From the sequence record OR234014.1: a DNA stretch of 64,000 nt, one strand, 5' to 3'. The stretch comes from Staphylococcus phage SAC. The stretch's first letter is position 1. Each line of letters begins with the position of its first letter. The notes below the pieces were generated by a model, which saw only the letters and a program-made list of their open reading frames with translations, searched no databases and was not told where the DNA came from. Of the stretch, positions 1 through 8,637 are shown piece by piece. The position numbers were made by a program, and so were the translations under genes.

Positions 1-175
1 CATCTACCTTTTCTGATTCACCAGACTCATTAGAGTATGCTACTTTATAAGTTCCTTTAGGATACGTAGTATCTGCTGTTAAACCACTAATAGAAATAGT
101 TGTTTTACCTGTTTGTTCAGCAGTCTTAGTACCTACTACTTCACCATCTTTATATACTTTTAGTGTTTTTTCCAT
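1..175 (-). CDS. Ig-like (Big_2-type) structural protein, N-terminal part; gene continues beyond the window start
   Basis: ATG at 175 is preceded by a GGAGG RBS (181-190 on the minus strand). Translation MEKTLKVYKDGEVVG...YKVAYSNESGESEKVD is paralogous to the ORF at 192-704. Confidence 0.5.
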   Translation of the reverse strand, partial: MEKTLKVYKDGEVVGTKTAEQTGKTTISISGLTADTTYPKGTYKVAYSNESGESEKVD

Positions 176-191
176 TGATTTTTACCTCCGA

Positions 192-704
192 TTATGCTGT
201 AATATCAGCTGTTGTTTCTTTAGGGTCTACAGTTACATCTGTAGGAGCTTCAGGTACTTTATCTTTAACAACTACAGTTACAGTATCTGTATGATTACCA
301 TCATCAGTTGTAACAGTGATTGTAGTCTGACCTTTTGCTTTAGCTTCTACTAAACCTTTACTTGATACACTAGCAACATCATCATGTTCTGAAGTAAATG
401 TATAAGTAGCTTTTGTTGCGTTACTAGGTTCAATCGTAGCTACTAAATTATGTGTTTCTCCTACTTTTAAATCTAGTGTTTCTACATCTAAAGTAACGGA
501 TGCTACTTTAATGTCCTTAGTCTTAAACGCAGGAACATCTACTTTTTCTGATTCTCCTGATTCATTAGAGAAAGATACTTTATATGTACCTTGTGGGTAG
601 TCTGTGTTAGCAGTTAAGTTATCAATTGTAATTGATGTTTTACCTGCTTGTTTCTCTTCACTTTTTAATAGCTGGTCACCTTTATATAAATTTAATTTAT
701 CCAA
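192..704 (-). CDS. Ig-like domain (Big_2) phage structural protein
   Basis: Bacterial Ig-like group 2 signature (ASVTLDVETLDLKVGETHNLVATIEP...TITVTTDDG) with a T/V-rich C-terminus ending ETTADITA. Confidence 0.6.
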   Translation of the reverse strand: MDKLNLYKGDQLLKSEEKQAGKTSITIDNLTANTDYPQGTYKVSFSNESGESEKVDVPAFKTKDIKVASVTLDVETLDLKVGETHNLVATIEPSNATKATYTFTSEHDDVASVSSKGLVEAKAKGQTTITVTTDDGNHTDTVTVVVKDKVPEAPTDVTVDPKETTADITA

Positions 705-725
705 ACTAAGTCATCCTTTATATAA

Positions 726-1358
726 TTATTCAGCTGTAATATCAGCTGTTGTTTCTTTAGCTGTTACTGTTACATTTTTAGGTACTGAAGGTTCTGAAGT
801 ATCTCCTTGACCTTCTCCTGAGTCTACTCCTTTAACGTCTTTACGTAGTGGACTAGCAGGAAACTCAGCGCTCACGTCTTCATGAGGTTTCTCATTACTA
901 TCTACTACTTTTTTAGCATCTTTACTTTCAGCATCAACTAAAGCAAAAACATCCTTCTTGTTATTAGCAAGGAATACATTGTATACTCCAAAGCTGAAAC
1001 GGTCTTCAACGAATGCTAAAAACGCTTGAATTAATTGTTTACCTTTATCTTTACCTTTAATATTTTCAGTTCTAATAAAAGCATGGTTGTAAGGGTCTTT
1101 AACAGTATTAACTACAAAATGAATTTGGTCTCCATCTGTATAAGCAACAGGAGCCTTTTTCATAATTTTAATATTTCCTCTACCATCTGTTTCAATCGGG
1201 TATAAGAATAATTCTCCCTTATTATCTACTACTTTGTAGTTATACTGACCACGGTGTGTACGTGTATAACCATCTTGCTCTACTTGAACTTGTAAATACT
1301 TATCTGCTACAGTAGTGGTATCTTGTTTTAATACTTCATTAATATTTTTCTTAGCCAT
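726..1358 (-). CDS. Structural protein with an Ig-like C-terminal segment, paralog of 192-704
   Basis: The ETTADITAE C-terminal motif is shared with the neighbouring ORF; the N-terminal domain is distinct. Confidence 0.5.
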   Translation of the reverse strand: MAKKNINEVLKQDTTTVADKYLQVQVEQDGYTRTHRGQYNYKVVDNKGELFLYPIETDGRGNIKIMKKAPVAYTDGDQIHFVVNTVKDPYNHAFIRTENIKGKDKGKQLIQAFLAFVEDRFSFGVYNVFLANNKKDVFALVDAESKDAKKVVDSNEKPHEDVSAEFPASPLRKDVKGVDSGEGQGDTSEPSVPKNVTVTAKETTADITAE

Positions 1359-1464
1359 AATAATTAAGCTCCAATCATTATTTTTTACATTATAACATAG
1401 AAAAAACCTCCCTATGTTATTATTTTTTTCACTAATAATATAACAAAAGGGAGGCTTATTCAGG

Positions 1465-2226
1465 TTATTCCCACATATGATTTTGCTTATCTACTTTATT
1501 ATCTTTGATATACCTTTTGGCATTTTGTTCATGATAAGCATTAATTTTAAATTTAACATAATCTTTAAGTTCTGTAAGCTCTCTAGCTACTTCTGAACGT
1601 TCTACCTCTAACCTATTAGCTACAGTAGACACAATAAATGCGTTGTCTTCTTTATCCGTATTAATAAGGAGCTCTTTTAGCAGTTCACTTTGTACTTCAG
1701 TAAATTGTGTATCATCAAAGACATAATTAAGTAATTCATTTTCTTCTAATCCCACATTTAACTCCTGTGTTAAGGACTCTACTGTATAATCTGTTTTACC
1801 TACAAGTTCAGTACGTTTATATTTATTGTTCTTCTTAACATAACTGTTCTGTACTCGTAGTGTTAGTTTAGTTTTAATATACCCTGGAAAATCTACTTTA
1901 CTTTGTATATCATACTCCTTAACTAACTTAATAAACTGCTCATCTATGTATTCCCGTAGCTCTTGTTTCTCAAAGTCATGACTCATACCTCTAGAGTACC
2001 TATGAAATAATGACCATCTAAGGTTCTTATACCTTTTTAAAAGCATATCTAAGTCTCTACCAAAGTCAGTAGGAATACCATCTAAGTCTATAATATATCT
2101 ATTCCCATTATTAACTTTCTTCATAAGGATGTGCTCCCTCAAATACAATCTTAATCCTGTGTACATCATTTGATACATAGATATCTGAGTAATGTATTGT
2201 TTTAGGTACTTTGACTTCAGAACCAT
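1465..2226 (-). CDS. RNA polymerase sigma factor (phage-encoded); true start is probably the internal MKKVNNG at about 2124
   Basis: C-terminal region-4-like helix-turn-helix (NAFIVSTVANRLEVERSEVARELTEL). The longest ORF overlaps the upstream gene by 116 nt, whereas the internal ATG avoids the overlap. Confidence 0.5.
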   Translation of the reverse strand: MVLKSKYLKQYITQISMYQMMYTGLRLYLREHILMKKVNNGNRYIIDLDGIPTDFGRDLDMLLKRYKNLRWSLFHRYSRGMSHDFEKQELREYIDEQFIKLVKEYDIQSKVDFPGYIKTKLTLRVQNSYVKKNNKYKRTELVGKTDYTVESLTQELNVGLEENELLNYVFDDTQFTEVQSELLKELLINTDKEDNAFIVSTVANRLEVERSEVARELTELKDYVKFKINAYHEQNAKRYIKDNKVDKQNHMWE

Positions 2227-2464
2227 TATAACGTACTAAAGAGTAACCTCCTGCCCATCTTGACTCTACATGCTCAATATACATAACTGTAGAATCAGTG
2301 TAAGGAAATCCCGACTCTTCTACAATGATAGGCTCCTTATTATCTCTAGCTTTTTTAAAACGTTCTGCTATTTCAATATAAGGTAAGGGCAATACATCAT
2401 TTGTATTAGCCCTACCTAATGCTTCTTTAACACTATTAATATTTCTATCTATTAGATTATTCAT
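2111..2464 (-). CDS. hypothetical protein
   Basis: ORF of 117 aa in the gene array directly downstream of recA exon 2. Confidence 0.4.
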   Translation of the reverse strand: MNNLIDRNINSVKEALGRANTNDVLPLPYIEIAERFKKARDNKEPIIVEESGFPYTDSTVMYIEHVESRWAGGYSLVRYNGSEVKVPKTIHYSDIYVSNDVHRIKIVFEGAHPYEES

Positions 2465-3479
2465 TTACATCTTCCTTAGTCTCTTTATTAGTAGAGCTAA
2501 GCTCTTCGTAGTAATCTTGTAATGCTTTAAACTCTTCTAATTGAGTAGTGTCTACTTTTGTATTGTTTAAAGGTGCATACTTATGAGGGAAATTCTCGTG
2601 GTAAACTCTACTAAATAATTCTAAGTATAATTCATGGTTGTCCATTAATGTCGGTACCCAATCTTTATCATATTTTTTAATTTCTTCACCATTTAACGTA
2701 ACATAATTACGCCATGTTCCTTTAGTAATTAAACCACGCTCAACGGCTTCTTTATAGATAGTATGATAAGGGTCAACACCGTTTAATTGAATAGTATCTT
2801 CATCAGAACCTACTTCATAACCTGATAATAAATCAACTTCCGCTTTTTGACCAGGTCTAGATAGCTTAGACTTCTTAGTCTCAATACGCATAACATGACC
2901 TTTATACGTAGGTTTACCTGTCATAGCATCATTCTGTTTTAATTCTGATTCTTTACCTTTAGATACTTTAATACGTAAACTAGCACCATGTTCAAAAGCT
3001 CTTCCTCCTGTAGACTTAATAGGGTCATCATAAGGATTACTCATATTTAAATTATCACGTGCTTGGTTAATAACAATTAATCCTGTATTTGTATCATTAA
3101 GCTTAGGTGAAATAGCATTTACTACTTTTTGTGTACTTGTCGCTTTCGTTCCAAGTTTTTTATGGTCTACTCCTGCATCAATTTCATCTTGTGTACGTGT
3201 AGCTCCTAGGGAATCCCAAATGAACAAAATAGGTACGCCTGGTGCTTTCTCATTAAATGTATCAATCCAGTATTCTAACTCTTTACCTACGGTTTCTACT
3301 GATAGTTCAGTAACATTTTTAAGTCTACCTTCACCTGACTGTATTGAGAACAATTTAGATACGTCTACACCTAACTGTTCCATACGTTGGTTATCCGCTG
3401 TTCCTTCAATGTCAATCCAAACTGTAATAACTCCTAATTGTGTTGCTACTCTAGATAAGTGTACTGCAAAAGTCGATTT
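2457..3479 (-). CDS. recA: RecA/UvsX-like recombinase, exon 2 (begins KSTFAVHLSRV..., before the annotated Met)
   Basis: The frame is open from 3479. KST completes the Walker A motif GLTGSG|KST with exon 1. ILFIWDSLGAT is a RecA-like core. The intron ends in G at 3480. Confidence 0.75.
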   Translation of the reverse strand, partial: KSTFAVHLSRVATQLGVITVWIDIEGTADNQRMEQLGVDVSKLFSIQSGEGRLKNVTELSVETVGKELEYWIDTFNEKAPGVPILFIWDSLGATRTQDEIDAGVDHKKLGTKATSTQKVVNAISPKLNDTNTGLIVINQARDNLNMSNPYDDPIKSTGGRAFEHGASLRIKVSKGKESELKQNDAMTGKPTYKGHVMRIETKKSKLSRPGQKAEVDLLSGYEVGSDEDTIQLNGVDPYHTIYKEAVERGLITKGTWRNYVTLNGEEIKKYDKDWVPTLMDNHELYLELFSRVYHENFPHKYAPLNNTKVDTTQLEEFKALQDYYEELSSTNKETKEDVNE

Positions 3480-4839
3480 CAGTTACTACCCCTAGTTTCC
3501 TAGTACTTTAACACTAACTTAATAGTGGGCTTAGACTATATCTTTAATTGCCTGGTATGCAAGTTTTTGTTTTCGGTCTATATGAATATTATTATCTCGA
3601 TATAATGTTTTCATTAATTTTTTAGCTTTTTTACCTGTATAACCTATTCTATAAGAGGTAGAAGTTTTAGATATTGTAGGACATTTAAAACCTAATAAGT
3701 CTTCAATCCAACTACCTACTTCTTTTAAAAATTCAGGATGATTGTTAACTAAAGTTATTGACCATCTATTATTATAACATCCAATAGAACCATCACCATC
3801 AAACAATCCTCTTAAGTAATGTTTCCTTAAATCATAAGGTATGTCTTGTGTTAACCAATCTGTTTTTTTAGTTTTCATAGGTATTATACCATATTTAGCT
3901 AAATCATTACATAGTTTTTCATCGGTAACACTAAAAGTATACGTAGAATTTTCATTTTTTATATAATCTCTTTTTCTATGAGATTCATAAATTTTACTGT
4001 CTGAATTCAATTCTTTTTGAACTCTTTCTACTATTTCTTTATCAATTAACTCTAGTGTTAAGTAACATTGACCTTCTCTTCTATATCTAACACAACCGTC
4101 AGCCATCAATAAACCTAAAATATATGCTTTCTCTTCAGTATCAATTACTTCAAAGAAATCTTTATTAATATTTCTATTAACTCTCCTAGGTTGATAGTAA
4201 GATGTATCAATACCAAAGTCTCTTAATATTTTACTTATCTCTCTTGCATGTGTTGTATAGACTGCTTTTATCTCTGCAATAGTCATAGACTCCTCAGTGT
4301 ACATTCTTAAAATATCTTGTTTTTGTTTACTAGTCCATCTTCTCTTGCTATTTGTGTCAATATTAAACTCATCTAGTACTTTTTTAATTGTAAAGTAATG
4401 TGCATTATACTTTTTTTGTATTTCACTAAATTTCTTACCTTCTTGAAAGGATTTCACTATATCTTGTTTTTCTTCATTAGACCATACTCGTTTTACCATA
4501 TTATACTACTCTCCATTTTAAATAGATTTCGTAGGCAATTCCCACGTACTTCGGTTTCCCTACTCTACTCAGTTACTCACTAATACTTCTCAATATTAGC
4601 TACCTTTTCGATAGTCGTTGAACCTTCTCCATTTTACAGGAGCTTGGATGCTGATTACCTACACTATATAATATAACAGTTTAATAACTCGTTATACCAT
4701 ATAACTCATATACTTGTTATTTTTAACATTCACGCTTACCGTTTCCAGTTACGTTGTAGTTAACAAGTCTTTAAGGCTTCCCAGCAATTCACGTGGATTT
4801 GTAATAACTCATTATAAGCCATTGTGGCTATTTAAGGTA
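3480..4839 (-). mobile_element. Group I intron in recA carrying a LAGLIDADG homing endonuclease gene
   Basis: R element GTTCAACGACTA (plus-strand 4611-4622, reverse complement) and S element AAGATATAGTCT (3526-3537, reverse complement). The 5' exon ends in U (GGT). The internal guide sequence GCCAC pairs with exon AGTGGT. Omega-G lies at 3480. Confidence 0.75.
3531..4499 (-). CDS. LAGLIDADG homing endonuclease (two-motif), intron-encoded
   Basis: Two LAGLIDADG motifs: AYILGLLMADGCV and YLRGLFDGDGSI. Confidence 0.8.
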   Translation of the reverse strand: MVKRVWSNEEKQDIVKSFQEGKKFSEIQKKYNAHYFTIKKVLDEFNIDTNSKRRWTSKQKQDILRMYTEESMTIAEIKAVYTTHAREISKILRDFGIDTSYYQPRRVNRNINKDFFEVIDTEEKAYILGLLMADGCVRYRREGQCYLTLELIDKEIVERVQKELNSDSKIYESHRKRDYIKNENSTYTFSVTDEKLCNDLAKYGIIPMKTKKTDWLTQDIPYDLRKHYLRGLFDGDGSIGCYNNRWSITLVNNHPEFLKEVGSWIEDLLGFKCPTISKTSTSYRIGYTGKKAKKLMKTLYRDNNIHIDRKQKLAYQAIKDIV

Positions 4840-5052
4840 ACCACTACCAGTTAATCCGTAAACTTCTGTAAGTCTTCCTAGAGGAATACCTCCACCTAAA
4901 ATTCTATCATATTGTGGAATCATAGTAGGAATGATATTCTTAATATCTGCTCTATTACTATCTGATAGTAAAGTTAAACCTAATTCTTTACCTAAGTCAA
5001 TAGTATTTAAATTTGTAGTATCTACTTCTTTACCTTTTTTTGCTCTAGCCAT
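4840..5052 (-). CDS. recA: RecA/UvsX-like recombinase, exon 1
   Basis: ...ILGGGIPLGRLTEVYGLTGSG ends inside the P-loop. The annotated YLK-stop tail is intron read-through. Confidence 0.75.
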
Positions 5053-5114
5053 TATATCATCCTTTTATATGAAATTTAAATAAAAGAGTGCTAAGATAGC
5101 ACTCTATAAAGTTA

Positions 5115-6290
5115 TTATAAATCTAAACCTGCTAATACATCATCTACACTCTTAGGTTGATTTTGTTTAGGTGGTTCTGGTGTTGATTCATTTGTGTTGA
5201 ATGGGATTTGAGAATCGTCAATGTTATTAGCATCAAAGTTCTCAAATGGATTACTTTGTTCTTGTTGTGTTGGTTGCTGTGATGTCTGTTGCTGTGGTGC
5301 TTGTTGCACAGGTGTTCCTTGACCAAACTGTGTATTTTGTTGTGGGGGAACTTGTGGTGTTGGTTGTTGTACAGTATTAAAGTTTGGTTGTGTGTTATTT
5401 TGCCCACCTAAATTATCTGGCAACTGCTGTTCTATGCTTTGTTGCGTAGGAGCTTGTGTTTGCTCTTGTGTTGATGGTTCTTCACCTAATGTGTTTGTTT
5501 CTCTATTGAATTTAAAATTATCATGAGAAACTTCTGTGTTATTAACATTGTTAATCAACCAGTTTACAAAGTTAGGGTTATTTTCTTCTGTTGGTGTAGC
5601 TAACTTATCTAAATCAGATAACTGCTGTTCCCAACCTTGAGGTAAAGCACCTAATTTTACTGTAGGATAAACAGTTACATTCCATGATTTTTCACCTTTT
5701 TTAGCTTTAGCAATATTAATAGGGAATGCATCATCTGCTGAAATAAAGCTATGTGTAGCAGTAGGTGATGGTGATAACATTTTATCTTTTAATCGGTCAA
5801 TCAATTGAGACAGACCTGTATTAGATAGCTCCATAGGTTGGATAACAACATTACCTTGTTCATCTGTGTTAGGAACTAATTGACCGTTTTGATTAAAGTA
5901 TTCAATAACATGAATATATGCTCGTCGTGCAGGTTTATTAGGGAAGTTACTAAATTGTACACCTTGCTTTAACCATGTATTTACATAAGGGTCTACAACA
6001 GATGAGTTAACTTTCTCGGGTAAAGTAAGCATAGAGAACTTTTGTGCTCCATCTTTTTTAACATAGTTAATACCTAGTGTTCTAAATTCCTTAAAGAACT
6101 CATTAGAACCTTCTACAGGCGGTAGTACACGTACAAGTGCAGACTCTTTATTGATTTGGTTACCGTTAGCATCTTTTACTTTACCTAAGCGCAAAACGAG
6201 TTGTTTTGGCTTGTATAATTCTACCTCATTGTCAAAACCACTTGATTGTAGCTTTTCTGATTGCTGATTAATAAATTGATTAAAATCCAT
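5115..6290 (-). CDS. putative single-stranded DNA-binding protein with a Q/P-rich linker and an acidic C-terminal tail
   Basis: The C-terminus ...DDSQIPF...VDDVLAGLDL resembles the SSB acidic tail motif (DDDIPF). A low-complexity Q/P/T linker precedes it. The gene sits beside recA and pol. Confidence 0.4.
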   Translation of the reverse strand: MDFNQFINQQSEKLQSSGFDNEVELYKPKQLVLRLGKVKDANGNQINKESALVRVLPPVEGSNEFFKEFRTLGINYVKKDGAQKFSMLTLPEKVNSSVVDPYVNTWLKQGVQFSNFPNKPARRAYIHVIEYFNQNGQLVPNTDEQGNVVIQPMELSNTGLSQLIDRLKDKMLSPSPTATHSFISADDAFPINIAKAKKGEKSWNVTVYPTVKLGALPQGWEQQLSDLDKLATPTEENNPNFVNWLINNVNNTEVSHDNFKFNRETNTLGEEPSTQEQTQAPTQQSIEQQLPDNLGGQNNTQPNFNTVQQPTPQVPPQQNTQFGQGTPVQQAPQQQTSQQPTQQEQSNPFENFDANNIDDSQIPFNTNESTPEPPKQNQPKSVDDVLAGLDL

Positions 6291-6328
6291 AATATCTTTT
6301 CTCCTTTTATTTTAAAAATTACTTAATT

Positions 6329-6357
6329 AGTATAACATGTTTTCTTTTGTTTGTCAA
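6329..6357 (-). promoter_or_regulatory. sigma-A-type promoter TTGACA-N17-TATACT upstream of 5115-6290
   Basis: Reverse complement reads TTGACAaacaaaagaaaacatgtTATACT, followed by an RBS and the ATG at 6290. Confidence 0.5.
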
Positions 6358-6360
6358 TAC

Positions 6361-6843
6361 CTAATGTGTAAATGGGTTAGTAACACCACCATTTTTATTT
6401 GTTTGTCTTAGTTCCGCACTAATCTGTACTAACATAGTTGTACGTGTTTCAAAAGCTTTTACGATATAATGTAATTGTTTTTCTCTATAATTCCATGCTT
6501 CTACAACCTTTGCTTGCTGTTGATATTCATCAGAAAGAAATACAGCAGACTCTACTTGGTCTTTTGTAGGTTTCTTTCCCTGTTGTTCGTACTGAGCTCT
6601 AATTTGTAGATTAAGTTGAGCTCCTATTTTTTCTAACTTACGTTGCTCTGCTTCGGTATAATTACTCACACGTTCTTTTAATGAAGCCCACCATGCAAAT
6701 TTAGACGACTGTTGGTACATTTCGTCTTGAATTGTATATTCACTAAGTTTTAGTTCATCATGGATATTAAAAGTCTGAGTGTTTCCATTGTTATCTTTTA
6801 AGGTTAACTCATTGAAATCTAATGTATCTAAATGTATCTCCAT
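6361..6843 (-). CDS. hypothetical protein
   Basis: ORF of 160 aa. Confidence 0.4.
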   Translation of the reverse strand: MEIHLDTLDFNELTLKDNNGNTQTFNIHDELKLSEYTIQDEMYQQSSKFAWWASLKERVSNYTEAEQRKLEKIGAQLNLQIRAQYEQQGKKPTKDQVESAVFLSDEYQQQAKVVEAWNYREKQLHYIVKAFETRTTMLVQISAELRQTNKNGGVTNPFTH

Positions 6844-6867
6844 AATACCCTCCTCTATTTTACTGTA

Positions 6868-7557
6868 CTATATAACTTTGAAACTGTCAATATTATTTTT
6901 AATATATTCCGTTTTTTGTTTGTACTGCTCTTCAGTTAGTTTATCTGATTCATAGTAGTCTTTGATTTGTTGTAAGGCTAATTTATACTTAATATATCCT
7001 TTATACGAATTAAATTGCTTTATTAACTCTTCGTTGTATTCTACCATATCATTATATGTTAATCCTATCTCTATATCTGCATCTATAGGATACTGTCTTA
7101 ACTCACCATTAATTTTTATTTTTAAGAAATCATAAGGAAGGTTCTCCATTACATGGACAATAACTTTAGCCATAATATTAACTTCTTCAGGAGGTGAGTC
7201 TACTACAATACTATCATGAACAGTAGCTACTAACTTCGATTTCATATTCTTATTTTGAATAAAGTCGTCAATATAAGTAATAGCCATGTTAGTAAGGTAA
7301 CCACCTGTACCTTGAATAATCGTGTTAAAGGACTGTCTAAGACCCTCATTTTTAATCTTTTTATCTCTAGATTGTGCTGAGTGTATATATCTTCTGTGTC
7401 CATTCATTGTTTCTACATATCCATGTTTTTGAACAAACTCATGAGTTTCATCTATAGACTTCTTAATAGCAGGTTTATTAGAATAAAACTTATTAAATAT
7501 TTCAGTAGCTTCATCAACTGTCATATTATTTTTACCTGCAAACGAAAACTCTGACTC
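6868..7557 (-). CDS. polA: DNA polymerase I family (PolA), exon 2 (begins ESEFSFAGKNN before the annotated Met)
   Basis: Contains motif C (KLVATVHDSIVVD). Upstream in frame, ESEFSFAG follows omega-G at 7558. Confidence 0.7.
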   Translation of the reverse strand, partial: ESEFSFAGKNNMTVDEATEIFNKFYSNKPAIKKSIDETHEFVQKHGYVETMNGHRRYIHSAQSRDKKIKNEGLRQSFNTIIQGTGGYLTNMAITYIDDFIQNKNMKSKLVATVHDSIVVDSPPEEVNIMAKVIVHVMENLPYDFLKIKINGELRQYPIDADIEIGLTYNDMVEYNEELIKQFNSYKGYIKYKLALQQIKDYYESDKLTEEQYKQKTEYIKNNIDSFKVI

Positions 7558-8637
7558 CGTTTATACCCTCGGTTTCCCGATATTTATTAGGGGACTAGAC
7601 TATATCTTAAGTAAATACGTTACTATCTACTTCTAGGCTATTCCATGTAGGTATGAGCTACATGTACTCTACTCGGTTATATTGCAATAAGCCCTCTCGG
7701 CGTAAAGCTCACCTTTTGATAGTCGTTCGATAAAATAATTTAAGTGTTTAAGTGTAATCAAATCGTTCTCTTTTCTCTATTTTGAATGTAATCCCATAAC
7801 AATCTTCACCGGTTTCCATTTTTCTAAAGTTAGTGCCTGACGTAGGTATATTTAGTCTCTTTAGTAGCTTAGTTTTTACTCTATCATAATCAATTTCCAC
7901 ATGATTCTTATAAGCAACATAGTGAGGTGCATAAAGTTTAGAAGGGTTTTCTACAGGTTGATAATTATATTCTTGTAGTGTTTTAAAAACCCAGTTCTTA
8001 TGATGTTTTCTTTCCCCTCTAAGAACTGCAGAAATATGGCTTTGAATTAAGTTATGTTCCTTAGCAAATTTAGACTGATTGAAGAATATATATTCTTTAC
8101 CTGTAGGGTCTATACCTAATATCTTTTTACTTCTTGAAGGTACAAATCCTAAGTTCTCTTCTCTAGTAGCCCATTTACATTTATCTAAGCTATATACTTT
8201 ATTACCTAGTTCTTTAATATCCTTATCTAACACTAACTCACCATTTTTATACTTCTCTAAACTCCAACCATCAATTAACTCTACATCCTTAAGAAAGTTA
8301 TTAAAATTATGCCATCTATCGTCTACTGTTATTCCTAGTAATCCATAATATTTATATTCCTTACATTTAGGATTATAACATCTGTCTATCATATGAGACC
8401 ATACATGAGCTAATTTAGAATATAGCTTATTGTGATTATATCTTTCTCCTATTTTAAATTCTATTTAAATCATCCTTACTTATTAAATTACACTTAAATT
8501 ATTCTACACAGGATTAGCATTTTAAAGCCTTCCCTGTTAGCATAGTTCTTAACTACCATTTCCTGTAGCTCCTAACGTGAACTATACACCCTATACTCAA
8601 TAGGTTTACCTAGTTTTACTACGGCTATATTTTGTTA
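7558..8637 (-). mobile_element. Group I intron in the DNA polymerase gene carrying an HNH homing endonuclease gene
   Basis: The internal guide sequence GCCGTA pairs with exon TACGGT. R-like CGAACGACTA (7722-7731, reverse complement) and S element AAGATATAGTC (7597-7608, reverse complement). The 3' end GGGTATAAACG is identical to tail-tube intron 1. Confidence 0.75.
7748..8392 (-). CDS. HNH homing endonuclease (I-HmuI-like), intron-encoded
   Basis: NPKCKEYKYYGLLGI...SLDKCKWATREENLG matches the HNH_3-type motif of phage homing endonucleases. Confidence 0.7.
   Translation of the reverse strand: MIDRCYNPKCKEYKYYGLLGITVDDRWHNFNNFLKDVELIDGWSLEKYKNGELVLDKDIKELGNKVYSLDKCKWATREENLGFVPSRSKKILGIDPTGKEYIFFNQSKFAKEHNLIQSHISAVLRGERKHHKNWVFKTLQEYNYQPVENPSKLYAPHYVAYKNHVEIDYDRVKTKLLKRLNIPTSGTNFRKMETGEDCYGITFKIEKRERFDYT

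Noticed and set aside
1381-1460. Possible terminator between the Ig-like gene and the sigma-factor gene (CCTCCCT ... AGGGAGG)
   Set aside because: The complementary arms are separated by about 35 nt and are better explained as the RBS of 726-1358 plus a chance complement. No compact stem followed by a T-run is present.
5144-5407. Minus-strand 87-aa ORF in an alternative frame inside the SSB-like gene
   Set aside because: It is embedded in the Q/P-rich repeat region of 5115-6290 and its His/Asn-rich translation is a frame artefact of the CAA/CCA repeats.
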